In this document: one piece after another, positions 22,416 to 33,610 of the stretch | How the letters are laid out: the number at the start of each line of letters is the position of its first letter | Position numbering within the stretch: the first letter of the stretch is position 1 | Translations under genes and position numbers: made by a program | The notes under the pieces: model-generated | What the model was told of the DNA's origin: nothing | What the model saw: the letters and a program-made list of their open reading frames with translations, nothing else | Databases searched by the model: none | From: Selaginella moellendorffii | Lineage: Eukaryota; Plantae; Lycopodiophyta | Direction of reading: 5' to 3' | Assembly (NCBI RefSeq): GCF_000143415.4 | Contig: NW_003314326.1 | Location: 995,575-1,059,574 of the forward strand | DNA length: 64,000 nucleotides

Positions 22416-25221
22416 TTAATGAATCTCACCTTGAACCCGGGTTATGAATGCTCTTGCTGCATCTCTTGCATGGTCTGGCAAGGTGATGGTGGCACTCTGC
22501 TTTCGCATCCAACCATGCACAACATTATCCACCGATATGCTCATGCTGGGATCCCTTGGATTCAACACCCATCTCTTTTCTAGGCAATCCTTTGTATATT
22601 CGGAACTTGGCTTGAACCACTCCACAGTTACATTGAAGGAGTTAGTTTTCGCGTCCTCCTTTGCATCAGTGATGCAGTGCCCCACCCATATCATTTGTTT
22701 TTTATTACTGGGTCTGACAAGCATGACCATTCCTTTGCAGACCTGTACTGGATTGAATGCTGAATCCGGCTTCTTGTTCCTCGGCCCACAATAGTGATCC
22801 TCAACATCGTTATCTGTCACTGCATTTCCAGAGGACATTGTTCCGCTACTATCTGGTGCTCTGGGTTCTGGCCAAAAGGACTCTTCCAATTCTTCATATA
22901 CAACCGGCCCATTTTGGATAGCAGATATAATCTTCTCCCAGTATTCGATCAAAGGCTTGCACCTCTAAAAATAAGATTCTCCACCAAACACCAACCCCCT
23001 CCAGAAGGAAATATGCTGTCTAATCCCGGCCACTATACTTTCCTGGTCTTTGAGTCCATCCGGGTGCATCGGCCGTGGGGAACCCTGAGGAATCATAGGT
23101 TCCCCAGTTATGGGATCTCTCTTGAAGAGTTCAATGCCGTCCACTGGCAGCCACACTGTGTCCCATTCTCTCATCTTGTACCTCATCACTGGAGCACCGT
23201 CACGCATGCTGAAATGAAACTGAAGAGGCTTGGAGTGGCCAATCAGCGTTTCGGATCCGTCCCTGATGTAGCCTCTTACAAACCCCTTAAAGTCTGGAAC
23301 CTCTGTCACAAGTGCAGCTTCAACAGTGCCTTTGATGCAATTTTGGAATTCATCGTAGAGTTGTGGGAGGGTGAGGACATTGGATCGCCGGAGGGACTCT
23401 GCCAGGTGACTGAACATGGCATCGACGTCTTCATGAGTGTGCCCAACCATGAGAAAGCCAAGTGTAACCATTTCAAATATGCCTTTGGCAACAAGCATCG
23501 CCAAGTACGCGAAGACGTACATGTTTTTGTTCTCACTGCCAGCATTGTCTGTTTGGAGCAGAAGATGGGGTGGAAGGCCACATCAGCCACAAGAACTTCC
23601 TTGAGATTCTGCTTTGTTTGGATGAGGCTGTGCATTCACCGGGCGACCAGCCTCGCCGGAATGGCATGAGGCCTCACGTGATAACCCTACAATCTGACGG
23701 CCAACATATTCACTGGGATGGCATGGGGCCCCACGCGATACTACAAGCCTTTTCTCCTCCTCCAGCTGAACCCTGTATGGGGTTCGATCGACAAGGGCCT
23801 TATGCAAGGGTTGGCCGTTCAGCTCAGTCTGCGCACTTTGCAGAGACCTTAAGTGTTTTGCTAGGGACGCAATCATCATGTTTGCACCCCCGCCACCCCA
23901 TAGAGGTACAAAGAAGTTCCCATAGTTCTGGGCACCATGCCCATGAGCGATTATGCCAAACAGAGACACAGGCAGCTGCATGGATGAAGAGATTGCCTTG
24001 GGGGCAGGATTGAGTCGAGGTAAGCACGTCTTTTTTTGGTCCATTTTGTCATGGATGATGCAGAGGTAAGAGTCAGGTCTCTCCATGGAGAGAATCCTGT
24101 TATGATAATATGCAGTCCTGCAGCTTCTCTACTCGATGTTGTGGTCGAGCCGCCTTCTAACCAACGTCTCTCGCTCTTGAGCGATGCAAGAATTCTTTGA
24201 CAGTGCACTCGTCACACTTTGAAAAGTTGGAGTACTTTCCTATACTCACATCCCTGAACCTGTTGCTCCACAATCTACTAAATCTAAATTGGCTCAGCTT
24301 CCTGTAGCCATTACTCTGGAGTTCCCGATTCACATCTTCCAATATGGCCCCCTTGGTATACATGGAAGGGAGAACTCGTTGGGTGTCTCGTGTTCCATCT
24401 TCCAAGAGGCGGGTTTTATGTGGTTGCTGCTCGTTACATGTCTCGACAAACCTCTTGAAGATTGCCTCTCCATATACAACATGACCCCTGGTTTTGTGCG
24501 TACCGTCGTTCCCATGGACTGCCTGTTGAACCTTTTGTTCCTCGAACTCAGTTTTGATTCTGTAGAATGTGGTTCGAGGGACTCCATAAATGATTCTCCA
24601 TGCCTTCATGCAGACCAAACCCCTCTGGAAGACCATGCCCCCCACCTGATGTTCTGAAGCATCAACAGATGATCGTAATGCCTCATACACAAAATTGCGA
24701 GCTGCCTTCCAGGACAATGTCTTGTATTTTGCTCTCTCCTCTTCAATAGCATCCCAATCAGCATGTTGACAGCACCTCCTCTTGCAACAAGCAACTGTCG
24801 AGACCATTCGAACCTCCATCGCCATTTTCTGCCTTTTCGGTTCGTTGCTCAGATCCCTTTGGCTGCGCTTTAGGAAGGTGTACTTTCTTTTCCCATGAAG
24901 AGATGTTCTGTCATCAGTTGTAGTGGTGTTTGATTGTGAATCCTTCACATTCTCAAACACTAAGTGCCTCAATTTCCACCGCACAATGCTTCCAATAGTC
25001 AGACTGTTTTCTTCTGTGTCAACAACCTCTAAAATCGCAACTCCAATATCATCCCAGCCCAATTCTTGATTAGCAACCGCATCTCTTGGATTGACAACTG
25101 TGGCTAAGCCCTCAGCTACCACCTCCCCCTCGGGGTTGTTTAGAAACACCTTTGCCTGAATCCATGTAGCACGGTTCTTAAGATCCACGGAGGGAACATG
25201 CGTCGCACTTGCGGAGGCCAT
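22416..25221 (-). pseudogene. Sola-like DDD transposase pseudogene (one frameshift near 24200, three in-frame stops)
   Basis: Collinear ORFs: FSRLWSNRF..FSKCDEC, CIIHDKMDQKK, GANMMIASL, LLLQTDNAGSENKN, FLMVGHTHEDVDAMFS. In-frame stops TAG (~24130), TGA (23583) and TAG (22965). Confidence 0.82.
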
Positions 25222-25585
25222 TTTGAAAGTGCAGAAAAGAAGTTAAGACCATACAAAAAATGATTGGAGAATGGCCTAAATCATAACATACCAAACAACC
25301 TTAATAGCATGAGGCCACATGCCATTATTCAAACATGCTATTGACACCCATGTGAAATTTCGCATTCACAAAATTGGCATGAGGCCTCATGCCATCTTGA
25401 TATACACACAGCTGCAGGCAAGTAAAAACATACATGACAATACGCTAGCCATGAAATTGCAAGGGCCCAAGATGGCATGTGGCCTCATGCCATTTCTAAA
25501 TGTGGTCCTAAGCCATTCCATGGTGAACATACCAAGAAGCACAAGTGCCGAATATCAAGAGGAAGCGGTAGCCACACCAAAGATA

Positions 25586-25760
25586 GTGCCGCTCGCAACA
25601 CCACAACTACTCGTAGCGCCGCTCGCAACACCGCAACTGCTCGTAGCGCCGCTCGCACAAACTGCCACTCGCATAAACTGCCGCTCGCAATGGCGCTCGC
25701 AATGCCGCAACCGCTCGTAGACGCATAAACCACAGCTCACAATGCCGCTTACACAAGCAA
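25586..25760. repeat. GC-rich ~30-bp tandem repeat (GCCGCTCGCAACACCGCAACTGCTCGTAGC) upstream of the transposase
   Basis: At least five GC(C)GCTCGCA cores visible. Confidence 0.75.
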
Positions 25761-25845
25761 CGCTGACTGCGCTCAGCGGAACCAAGAACACGGCGCACAA
25801 AAACTAATAGACCTAGGAATGAGTTCGAGAATTCAAAAATAACAC

Positions 25846-27770
25846 ACGCTTGAATGTCACATCAAATCCTCTGACAAACCAGATCTTATGATTCCTCTGA
25901 CAAATTTCAAACTGAGTAGCTTCTAGACTTTGCTGTCGGACGTTGAACTTTGTCACATCATATCCTTGCCTCGATCCAGCTGTGCCATGTCAGTGAGTCG
26001 AACTTTGCCATGCCATGTCAGCGATCCGCGCCAAGATTATTCGCCGTGTAAAGGACTAATTATGCTGTGTGTGTACGTCCATTTATGGCAATATAAGGCC
26101 ACACGCCATTCAAAGAATAATGCTAGTCGAGCATTTTTTGGTGCATTTTTGGGTTCAAAATTGCATGAGCCCACACGCTATAAAGTTTATCTGTACCAAA
26201 AATAGAAACAGCTTTATTTACTTGGGAATTTAAGTGGTTGAGGCATTTTTAAACTTACAAACATATGCCCTACTTACATTCCTTTGGTTGCTTAAAATTC
26301 AAAAATATTATAAACCTTTCTTTTTGCATTTTCAATGTTTTCAATTATGGTTTTTGATTTTCGCAGGACCAGCCTAGTAATTTATTTGCATCCCGTCATG
26401 TTTATAGCTAGCTTTCGTTTGTCCCCTTCGCTAGCCTGAGATACATCTGCTCGGCATCTGCCTCTTACAGCATTTGCCCAGAAAGGGCATCTTTCTTCAC
26501 GCAGCATTTGCCACATGTTTAGGGTTTAGGGTTTAGGGTTTAGGGTTTAGCAATTCAGTAGCTTGATAAACATGCAAATACAGAACTTGATGCAAAATCC
26601 TTTGATATGTCACAATGCCCCTAGGACCATAAACACATTTCAATAGAGAGGGTCCTTTCATTTCATAACTCCTTACGTAGATCTTGGTGAAACCAGAGAT
26701 AGTGAAGTTAGTTTCTTGTGATCCCGCATCTGATTGTGATGTCCCTTTGCAGTGTCGATGGAAAGGTCAATGCACACCAAACTGTAGAATCTTGGAGCAA
26801 AATAACGGTCGGATCTATGGCAAATGCCTCTGAAACATTGTAAGGCTCGTGTGGTCTCATGTGGTGTCCGATTGAGATGCTTCTTTGCAGGGTCATCAAG
26901 AAAGACATTGTATACCATTCTGTAAAATCTAGTTGCGATCTAACGGTTAGATCTCCAGAAAACTCAAAAAAATCTCGCGCGTGTTAGAATATTCTAGGAA
27001 TATACTCCTATGTGCCCCTAAAAATGGCATGCGGCCCCACGCCATTCAAGAGATAACGCCAGATGACGCCGAGCATTTTTTGGTGCATTTTTTGGGATCA
27101 AAATTGCATGAGCCCACATGCTTGAACGTCACATCAAATCCTCTGACAAACCAGATCTTATAATTCCTTTGACAAATTTCAAACTGAGTAGCTTCTAGAC
27201 TTTGCTGTTGGACGTTGAACTTTGTCACATCATGTCCTTGCCTCGATCCAGCTGTGCCATGTCAGTGATTCGAACTTTGCCATGCCATGTTAGCGATCCA
27301 CGCCAAGATTATTCGCCGTGTAACTGCTCGGCATCTGCCTCTTACAGCATTTGCCCAGAAAGGGCATCTTTCTTCACGCAGCATTTGCCACATGTTTAGG
27401 GTTTAGGGTTTAGCAATTCAGTAGCTTGATAAACATGCAAATACAGAACTTGATGCAAAATCCTTTGATATGTCAGGACTATAAACACATTTCAATAGAG
27501 AGGGTCCTTTCATTTCATAACTCCTTACATAGATCTTGGTGAAACCAGAGTTAGTGAAGTTGGTTTCTTATGATCCCGCATCTGATTGTGATGTCCCTTT
27601 GCAGTGTCGATGGAAAGGTCAATGCACACCAAACTGTAGAATCTTGGAGCAAAATAACGGTCGGATCTATGGCAAATGCCCCTGAAACATTGTAAGGCTC
27701 GTGTGGTCTCATGTGGTGTCCGATCGAAATGCTTTTTTGCAGGGTCATCAAGAAAGACATTATATACCAT
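25846..27770 (+). repeat. Scrambled internal duplications within the transposon
   Basis: 25846-26051 ~ 27118-27322; 26090-26178 ~ 27024-27120; 26447-26921 ~ 27324-27772. Confidence 0.85.
26517..26550 (+). repeat. Interstitial plant telomeric repeat (TTTAGGG)4+; shorter copy at 27394-27413
   Basis: GTTTAGGGTTTAGGGTTTAGGGTTTAGGGTTTAG. Confidence 0.9.
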
Positions 27771-29840
27771 TCTTTATTTAGCTGAACATCTGGCATTTTT
27801 GGAAATACAAGCCATTCAGCCTGAGCAGCCTATGGAAGAAATGCAGGAGGGGGATGAGGAGCCAGAGAAAGATAATAAGCAGAAAGAGCAGAAGGATGAA
27901 GAGGAGGACAAAGAAGAGGAGGACGAAGAAGAGGAGGACGAAGAGGACTTGGATGGTCCTCACAATGGTGACGATCACAATAACGACGATGACGATGATG
28001 ACGACGATGGCTAGCCTGAGGTGGCCAAAGAGCAGCGGAGGAAGGTCATACAAGACAAACCATCAGGTAAATAATAGTACATCCATTCCTAACCTTTTAC
28101 CATTTCTAACATTGTCCATGTAGGTCGCAAAGCAAATGGTAAGTAGAGATTATTCAGTTGAATTAAGATACAAACTCTAGCCTTTAGTGTCGAGGAAGGA
28201 TAGTGCCAAGCAAGGGTCGAAACGTATGTCCAATCCTTCAGAATCAGCAGTGCGCCCAAGTGATATCGGTCCTAGTTCCTCAATAGCAGTTGATGGTAAA
28301 TACAGTATAGTCGATTCAATGTGCTAATGAGTTTGTTTTTAGTAGCTAGTAGGGAGGATACCATCTCAATCGAAGGGAGATATTTGGACATGCATATGGA
28401 TCCGCCAGTGGACTCTACTTGCCTGCAAGAGTCATCAGAGCTGGTGGAGGCTACTATCCATATCAACGCCAAGCAAGCTGACCACGCTCCACTTGATGCT
28501 GCCCATACCACTGAGTCAATCTTGTCCACGTATCCAACTGACGGTGACTAGGCGCCATTGGACCCGCATGAGGCCGCCCCAGCCACCGAGCCGGTCGTAT
28601 CCTCATTTCCAACGGACTCAACGTGTGCCCAATCGTTTGACTACGCGCCATTGGAACCTCCCTACACCGCCCCTGCTGCCTGTTCGGTCATGTCCACTTT
28701 GCCAATGGAGGCACCAGCTGAAATGGCGTGTGATCACACGCCATTGGAACCACCCCATGCCACTGTTGAGCCAGTTGTACCAGAGTCTACAGCTAAAATG
28801 GCATGTGCCCACACGCCATTGGATGCAATTGACCCCACATTGCAGAGGAGAGTATTTCCGCCCTTCACGTTTCCTCGACCAAAACCTTCTCAACGACCAT
28901 CGGGAGCACCATTCACTAATATTGTAGATGGTAAAATTAACTTGTACCATTTTTTATGCTGACACATTTCATTTCAGAGTCATGGCGAAGGTATTGTATC
29001 GTTTTTGATCTGAACGGTGTCCTTTTCTCCCATGAGCGTGGCTCGTCCTCAAATGTCACTGCACCCTCCAAAGCCTGCGGTCGCAAGTTGGTCAAAAGAG
29101 ACAGATTCACATTAATCACACGGGAGAAACTGTGGGATCTAATAATGACCATGCAACACTTAAAACAGAGGGCCGGGTTCAATTTGCAATTGGGAGTTTG
29201 GACATCCATGATGCGCCACAATGCATTAACGTTGCTACAGATGATGCACGATCAGACGCGAGTAATATTACCATTTGACTTTCTCCTAACGCAGGAGGAT
29301 TGCTTGACTATGGTCCATGTGAGGGGTAGCAAGCCCATCTTCGTCAAGCCAGAGGCTGTAGTGATGAACCGGACTGTTAGGTCAAGTAAAATCCTCATCA
29401 TCGATGACTCGCCGATTAAAACTGTAGCAAACCCGCACACATATGCAGTGCACCCCATCTCTTGCAGTATGGAAACTAGGGAGAAGAAACCGTATGTTCT
29501 GGGGGACCTTGCAAAACGGCTTGAAGCGATGGTGATAGAGAACCGGCCAGTCCAGGAGGTGGTTGCAGAAATCAACCAAATGGCAGATGGAACGGTATAT
29601 CAGAAGCCATTTGATCGGACAGACACTAGTCATCATTTATGGCATGTATATTGTCTAGCCAAGCACTATCCGCATCTCCATAATCTGCTCAACCGGATGG
29701 GTTCTTCGACCACTGAACATGAGCGTGGACGTATTAGAGAAGAGATGGCATTACTATTGGGTTTAAATCCTAATAGTGTGGAGAGTGATGAAATTCCAAG
29801 ATTATTGTATAGGCGTTGGAGGCAAAAAATAACAGTCTGA
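27532..29840 (+). pseudogene. Transposon cargo gene, multi-exon: putative GRF zinc finger, D/E tract, repeats, C-terminal FCP1-like HAD domain; start not defined
   Basis: Last exon (~28979-29840) has CIVFDLNGVLF, GVWTSMM, FLLTQEDC, KPIFVKP and ILIIDDSPIK..NP..AVHP. Short GT-AG introns near 27700, 28067, 28139, 28295 and 28931. Premature TAG at 28012 and 28549. Confidence 0.7.
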
Positions 29841-31321
29841 GATGGCATGTATTTATTTAAAAATGTAACTTATTATGGCATGGGGTTCCATGCCATTGTA
29901 TTAATATTAAAAGACAATTCTTTGAGAGGATTTGCATTATACTAGAAGTGTTACAGCATGTTATTAGAAGTCTACGAAGTTGTTTTATTAATAAGGGGAA
30001 AGTAAAGATTGAATGGGGACTTGGGCTCCACCTAGACTCGGAGCAACTGAGCCAATATTAAAAGGATGGAAAGAAATTGGACGACGATGACAAGGAGAAG
30101 AGAGAGGTGAAGCAGTGGTAGGGGGAGGAGAAGTGATTGAGTAGACATTTCCTTGTTTAAAATAAAATGGCATGTGCCTCAATGCAGTTGAATTTTGTTA
30201 TATTTATATACTATATAAAGGTTTGGAAACCTTATTTTACAAGTGGGATAATGACAATTCCCACTTTAATGAAATAGAGCTTTTAGTCACTTAACCGCAC
30301 CTCCGACCACTTGGAGGAGTCTTATTCACAACCTCCATAAGTCCCAGTTAGGACTTGGGGCTTGCTAGCCCCGAGAATGGCCTCCGTGCCACTCCACCTT
30401 TGCACTTGGTCCAAGTGCTCCACGTGTCTGATCCCATGACCGACACCCCAAGGCACCACCAACATACTAGCCCGTTATGCTAGGCCATGCCCAATCACCT
30501 TGGTCACATCGGTGGTCCAACACCACCTGCATTGCAATCCCGTCTCTCCAAGACTGGGCTATCCGTCCATGAGTGGTCATCCCAGATCCACTCCTTAGCA
30601 TCCTTATGATGCCCACAGACATGGGAAATAGCCTTCCCCAATATCTCCTTTTTGGTCCCCACCAAGTCCCTTTCTGTCCATGTCCGTGTTCACCAACACT
30701 GCCACTGGATCAAGGCCCGCAGGCCCGACCACTAAGTCCCACTATCCTTTGGGACTTCCTCACCATGTGACCGTATCCTTGGTCACTGCATTAGAGGCCT
30801 ACTCCTCTTCCCTTTCACCGTTTGGGACTTTGGGACAACATTTCGGAACACCATGGCCTTACGTGAGCCTTATGGGTACTCCCCCCGCCTTCCACCCTTG
30901 GGTGCTCTAGCCATGGGCTTAGAGCGAGGTTCCGTTGAGCCACGACAGGTATCCAAGTAGGTAGTGCCACCCACACTTGGACTGGGAGCATCGGCCAGTC
31001 GATCTCCCGGGGGAACTAGAGCCGGCTCTTGAACACTTCACCAAGCTACCCCGCTTGTCGGTCCATGTTCACTCTAGTCTTGGACTTCCCAGTGGGCAGC
31101 TCATCACCCAACACTGGGTCCGGCCTTCCTGGGCCAAACTGGCCTTTCCTGGCCAAACTGGCTCCACTGCAGTCCTCCCCCTATTATACTTTTGGAGCTC
31201 ACCAAACCCCCCAGGGTCTGGGAGACGAACGCTTTGGGCTTTCACCCTCTCAGGCTCCAGACTCGGACTCGGACTCGGATTCGGACTCGGACTCGGACTC
31301 GGACTCGGACTCGGGCTCGGG

Positions 31322-31358
<37 letters not shown>

Positions 31359-33109
31359 CCGGTCTCGGTCTCGACTTCGGACTCCATCTCGGACTCCATC
31401 TCGGACTCCATCTCGGGTCCATCTCAGGTCCATCTCGGACTCCATCTCAGACTCCATCTCGGGTCCATCTCGGACTCCACTTCGGACTCCAACTCGGGTC
31501 CATCTCGGGTCCACCTCGGACTCCACTTCGGAGTCCTTCTCGGACTCCATCTCGGATCCATCTCGGACTCCACTTCGGACTCCAACTCGGGTCCATCTCG
31601 GACACTCCCATGTGTCATGTGTTGGCCCTTTTGGGTCCCTTTTTGGAGCCTCGCCTTTTGCTCGCTTCGTGCTCGTTCCTCGAGCACTTCGTTGGGAGTT
31701 CCACTCCCGCTCTTGACTTTTCAAGTCGGAGCTTTTGGTCCAAACATGTTACGCTCGTTTGGCTCTCGCTTTGGCCACTACCACGTGGCGCCCTTCCGGC
31801 TCCACTTTGGGGCCTATGGATTTTGTGTCTCACAACTCCACCACCCATAGACGAAGTTCGATGTCCTCATCGAACGGTAAACCATTTTGTAAAGTAACAC
31901 TCGCATGTGTTACCATTTCCATCCTTGGCACCTAGCCAATATTTGTCAAGAGTTTGACATTGAAGGCTCACCATGCCTTTTGCATATGCCTTAATGGTTT
32001 GACACCAAAGGCTCACCATGCCTTGCCTATCCTCTAAGGAGGGTAGTCTCTCCAATTTAGAGACTGATTGGACCACATGTAGTGGTTCTCTCCTTTTATT
32101 GGTTTAGTTCTCGCTAAACCTCTTAGAGACCCTTCTCTAAGTCAATCCCACTACTCCTTCTCGAGTAGTCTCAATTTCCATCGATATAACCTTTGCACTT
32201 TGGAACTTTGAATTTTGACTTCTTGGAGTCAATTTCCTAGGTGTCTCCGACACTTTGCATTGCACAGATTGTGCAACTCCACTTCCCTATCCTAGGAAGT
32301 TCATTACTTGAGGGCACCATCATCCTCTCTTCTATTTCGTGCCACCTTGGGCACTAAGTTCCATTTATCACACTTTGTGCTAGGGTTGTCCATCGCCCTA
32401 TCATTTGGCTACCTTACCGCTCCCTCCCTTGGAGCTTCCACTTTCGCCAAATCGGAGCAATTCGGAATCCATCCTTGGAAACAAACCTCCTTTCCCGCAA
32501 TTTGTTAGCGTCCAACACATTAGTGTTCCTCGCCTAACTTTGTCACTTGGATTCCTTCCAAGGGATTCCACGGCCCTACCTTGGCCACTCATCTTTTGCT
32601 CCTATCCGTTGATTGTTGCACTAAGCAACATCGAATCTCTACCTCCCTCCTTGAGGTATTCTTTTGATTCCATAGCAAAGGCTCTGCTTTGCCAAAACTA
32701 GGGTGTTCACCCCTAGTAAGTCTCTTCAGCATCTTCTACTGTGGGCTCTATCCACGGCCCAACTTTGTGACCCTCCCATGGGTCTCTTTAGAGACTACTT
32801 TCCTTGGACACACTATGCCATCGCAATGACATAGCTCATTTCCCTAAGGTGCTTTTCCCACTTGGTCACCTTGACCAAGCCACTGTGAGACACAAAATCC
32901 CTAGGCCCCAAAGTGGAGCTGGAAGGGCGCCACATGGTAGTGGCCGAAGCGAGAGCCAAACGAGCGTAACACGTTTGGACCAAAAGCTCCGACTTGAAAA
33001 GTCAAGAGCGGGAGTGGAACTCCCAACGAAGTGCTCGAGGAACGAGCACGAAGCGAGCAAAAGGCGAGGCTCCAAAAAGGGACCAAAAAGGGCCAACACA
33101 TGACACGTG

Positions 33110-33485
33110 GGAGTCCGAGATGGACCCGAGATGGAGTCCGAGATGGAGTCCGAGATGGAGTCCGAGGTGGACCCGAGATGGACCCGAAATGGAGTCCGAG
33201 ATGGAGTCCGAGATGGACCCGAGATGGAGTCCGAGATGGAGTCCGAGGTGGACCCGAGATGGACCTGATATGGAGTCCGAGATGGAGTCCGAGATGGACC
33301 CGATATGGAGTCCGAGATGGAGTCCGAGATGGACCCGAGATGGAGTCCGAGATGGAGTCCGAGATGGACCCGAGATGGACCCGAGATGGAGTCCGAGATG
33401 GAGTCCGAGATGGACCCGAGATGGAGTCCGAGATGGAGTCCGAGATGGAGTCCGAGATGGAGTCCGAAGTCGAGACCGAGACCAG

Positions 33486-33517
<32 letters not shown>

Positions 33518-33610
33518 TCGGGACCGAGACCGAGACCGAGGCCGAGGCCGAGACCGAGCCCGAGCCCGAGTCCGAGTCCGAGTCCGAGTCCGAGTCCGAG
33601 TCCGAGTTCG
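33110..33610 (+). repeat. LTR-internal arrays of 12/11-bp (GAGTCCGAGATG / GACCCGAGATG) and 6-bp (GAGACC / GAGTCC) units, present in every complete A LTR
   Basis: Direct reading; also at ~12730-13120, 31260-31600, 38990-39340, 44410-44800, 48830-49390 and 54650-55120. Confidence 0.95.

Larger units (their letters stand above)
20785..30282. mobile_element. 9.5-kb TIR DNA transposon, Sola-like
   Basis: 24-bp TIRs ATGCTCTATTTCGTTAAAGTGGGA / TCCCACTTTAATGAAATAGAGCTT (2 mismatches). TSD TTAG (20781-20784 / 30283-30286). Interrupts an A LTR, which resumes exactly after it. Confidence 0.9.

Noticed and set aside
26517-26550. Chromosome end or fusion site
   Set aside because: Only about four units, internal to a TIR element and duplicated with its flanks.
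33110-33610. Possible CRISPR-like array
   Set aside because: The units are contiguous with no unique spacers, the context is eukaryotic, and there are no cas genes.
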